Assembly: GCA_016190005.1 (NCBI GenBank)
Contig: JACPRK010000170.1
Location: 1,877 to 65,876 of the forward strand
Reading direction: 5' to 3'
Origin: Candidatus Wallbacteria bacterium
GTDB taxonomy: Bacteria > Muiribacteriota > UBA6191 > JACPRK01
Length of the DNA stretch: 64,000 nt
This document shows positions 63,116 to 64,000 of the stretch, piece after piece (position 1 is the first letter of the stretch; each line of letters begins with the position of its first letter). Below the pieces are notes generated by a model. It was not told the origin of the DNA and did not search any database. It worked only from the letters and a program-made list of their open reading frames with translations. The position numbers and the translations under genes are program-made.

Positions 63116-64000
63116 ATGGAAATCCTCGTAGTCGGCTCAGTCGGTCTCGACTCGATCACCACCCCCCACGGAAAGCGCGAAGAGGTCGTCGGCGGCTCAG
63201 CCTCGCACTTCGCGATGAGCGCCAGCTACTTCGCGCCCGTCAACATGGTCGCCGTGGTCGGCAAGGACTTTCCCGAAGAGACCCACCAGCTCTTTCGACG
63301 CCACAAAATCGATCTCGAGGGCCTGCAGATCGTCGAGGGCCGCACGTTCCGCTGGTCCGGCTACTACAACATCGACTACCACAAGGCCTACACGCTCGAG
63401 ACGCAGTTGAACGTCTTCAGCGACTTCAAGCCCGTCATCCCCGACCGCTACCAGACCGCCGAATGCATCTTCCTCGGCAACATCGACCCGGTGCTGCAAT
63501 TGCAGGTGCTCGACCAGGTCAAGGAGCCCAAGCTGGTCGTCGGCGACACGATGAACTTCTGGATCGAGAGCAAGCGCGACGAGGTCATCGCGCTGATGAA
63601 GCGGGTCGACGTGATGCTCCTCAATGACCAGGAGGCGCGCGACCTGGGCGAGACCCACGACATGATCCGCGCCGGCCGCCGAGTGCTCGGCATGGGTCCG
63701 CGCGCCGTCGTCATCAAGAAGGGCGAGCATGGCGCCGTGCTCTTCCACGGCGACGAGATCTTCATCGCGCCCGCCTACCCCTACTCCAAGGTCGTCGACC
63801 CCACCGGCGCCGGCGACAGCTTCGCAGGCGGCTTCGTCGGCCACCTGGCCCGCACCGGCGACCCCACTGCCAGGAACTTCCGCCAGGCGATCATCTACGG
63901 CAGCATCATGGGCAGCTTCAACATCGAAGACTTCAGCCTCTACCGCATCAGCCAGCTCGCCGAGAGCGAGATCGCCACCCGCTACGACGCCTTTCGCGAG
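63116..64000 (+). CDS. PfkB family carbohydrate/nucleoside kinase (3' end beyond the window)
   Basis: Own translation: MEILVVGSVGLDSITTPHG...VVIKKGEHGAVL...VVDPTGAGDSFAGGFVGHL (DTxGAGD-type motif). Not in the ORF track because it has no stop within the window. Confidence 0.8.
   Translation, partial: MEILVVGSVGLDSITTPHGKREEVVGGSASHFAMSASYFAPVNMVAVVGKDFPEETHQLFRRHKIDLEGLQIVEGRTFRWSGYYNIDYHKAYTLETQLNVFSDFKPVIPDRYQTAECIFLGNIDPVLQLQVLDQVKEPKLVVGDTMNFWIESKRDEVIALMKRVDVMLLNDQEARDLGETHDMIRAGRRVLGMGPRAVVIKKGEHGAVLFHGDEIFIAPAYPYSKVVDPTGAGDSFAGGFVGHLARTGDPTARNFRQAIIYGSIMGSFNIEDFSLYRISQLAESEIATRYDAFRE

Overview
GC-rich (by eye about two-thirds G+C) bacterial chromosomal segment, densely coding with about 55 protein genes. 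I saw no rRNA, tRNA, CRISPR array, transposase or integrase. Many long ORFs in the track are antisense or out-of-frame artefacts of the high GC (R/P/A/G-rich translations) and are not called.

Gene content, left to right:
- Partial pseudokinase-like gene.
- Octaheme (CxxCK) nitrite-reductase-type cytochrome c.
- Lone prepilin-like protein.
- AIM24 / M48 peptidase / secreted hypothetical operon.
- Minus-strand operon of a thioredoxin-fold protein (interrupted by one in-frame TGA), sat and cysC.
- Secreted caspase-like + FGE/SUMF1-like fusion.
- Tight operon of B12-binding radical SAM, DUF3604 (PHP-like), MBOAT and a membrane-anchored SGNH protein, followed by a second MBOAT with two more SGNH paralogues.
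- Secreted HExxH protease.
- Two tandem copies of a sulfatase-like + EF-hand/TPR gene pair, plus a third divergent sulfatase-like gene.
- Complete MoxR/DUF58/BatA-E-type operon ending in an NPP-family phosphodiesterase.
- Response regulator with a C-terminal four-Cys module.
- Lower-GC orphan N-methyltransferase, DUF547, a SAM methyltransferase and an ABC-2 exporter pair.
- Endonuclease V, an RqcH/NFACT homologue and a lower-GC DUF4143 ATPase.
- Full aa3-type cytochrome oxidase and assembly cluster with a type-1 copper protein.
- GH13 amylase-family enzyme and a partial PfkB kinase.

Most noteworthy observations:
1. A candidate selenocysteine codon at the CxxC position of the thioredoxin-fold protein.
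2. The duplicated, unannotatable envelope-modification modules: rSAM/DUF3604/MBOAT/SGNH, and sulfatase-like proteins lacking the CxPxR motif paired with EF-hand/TPR proteins.
3. Two families of short interspersed hairpin/tandem repeats that sit in frame in the 5' parts of three genes.
4. A perfect 59-nt palindrome in a divergent promoter region.
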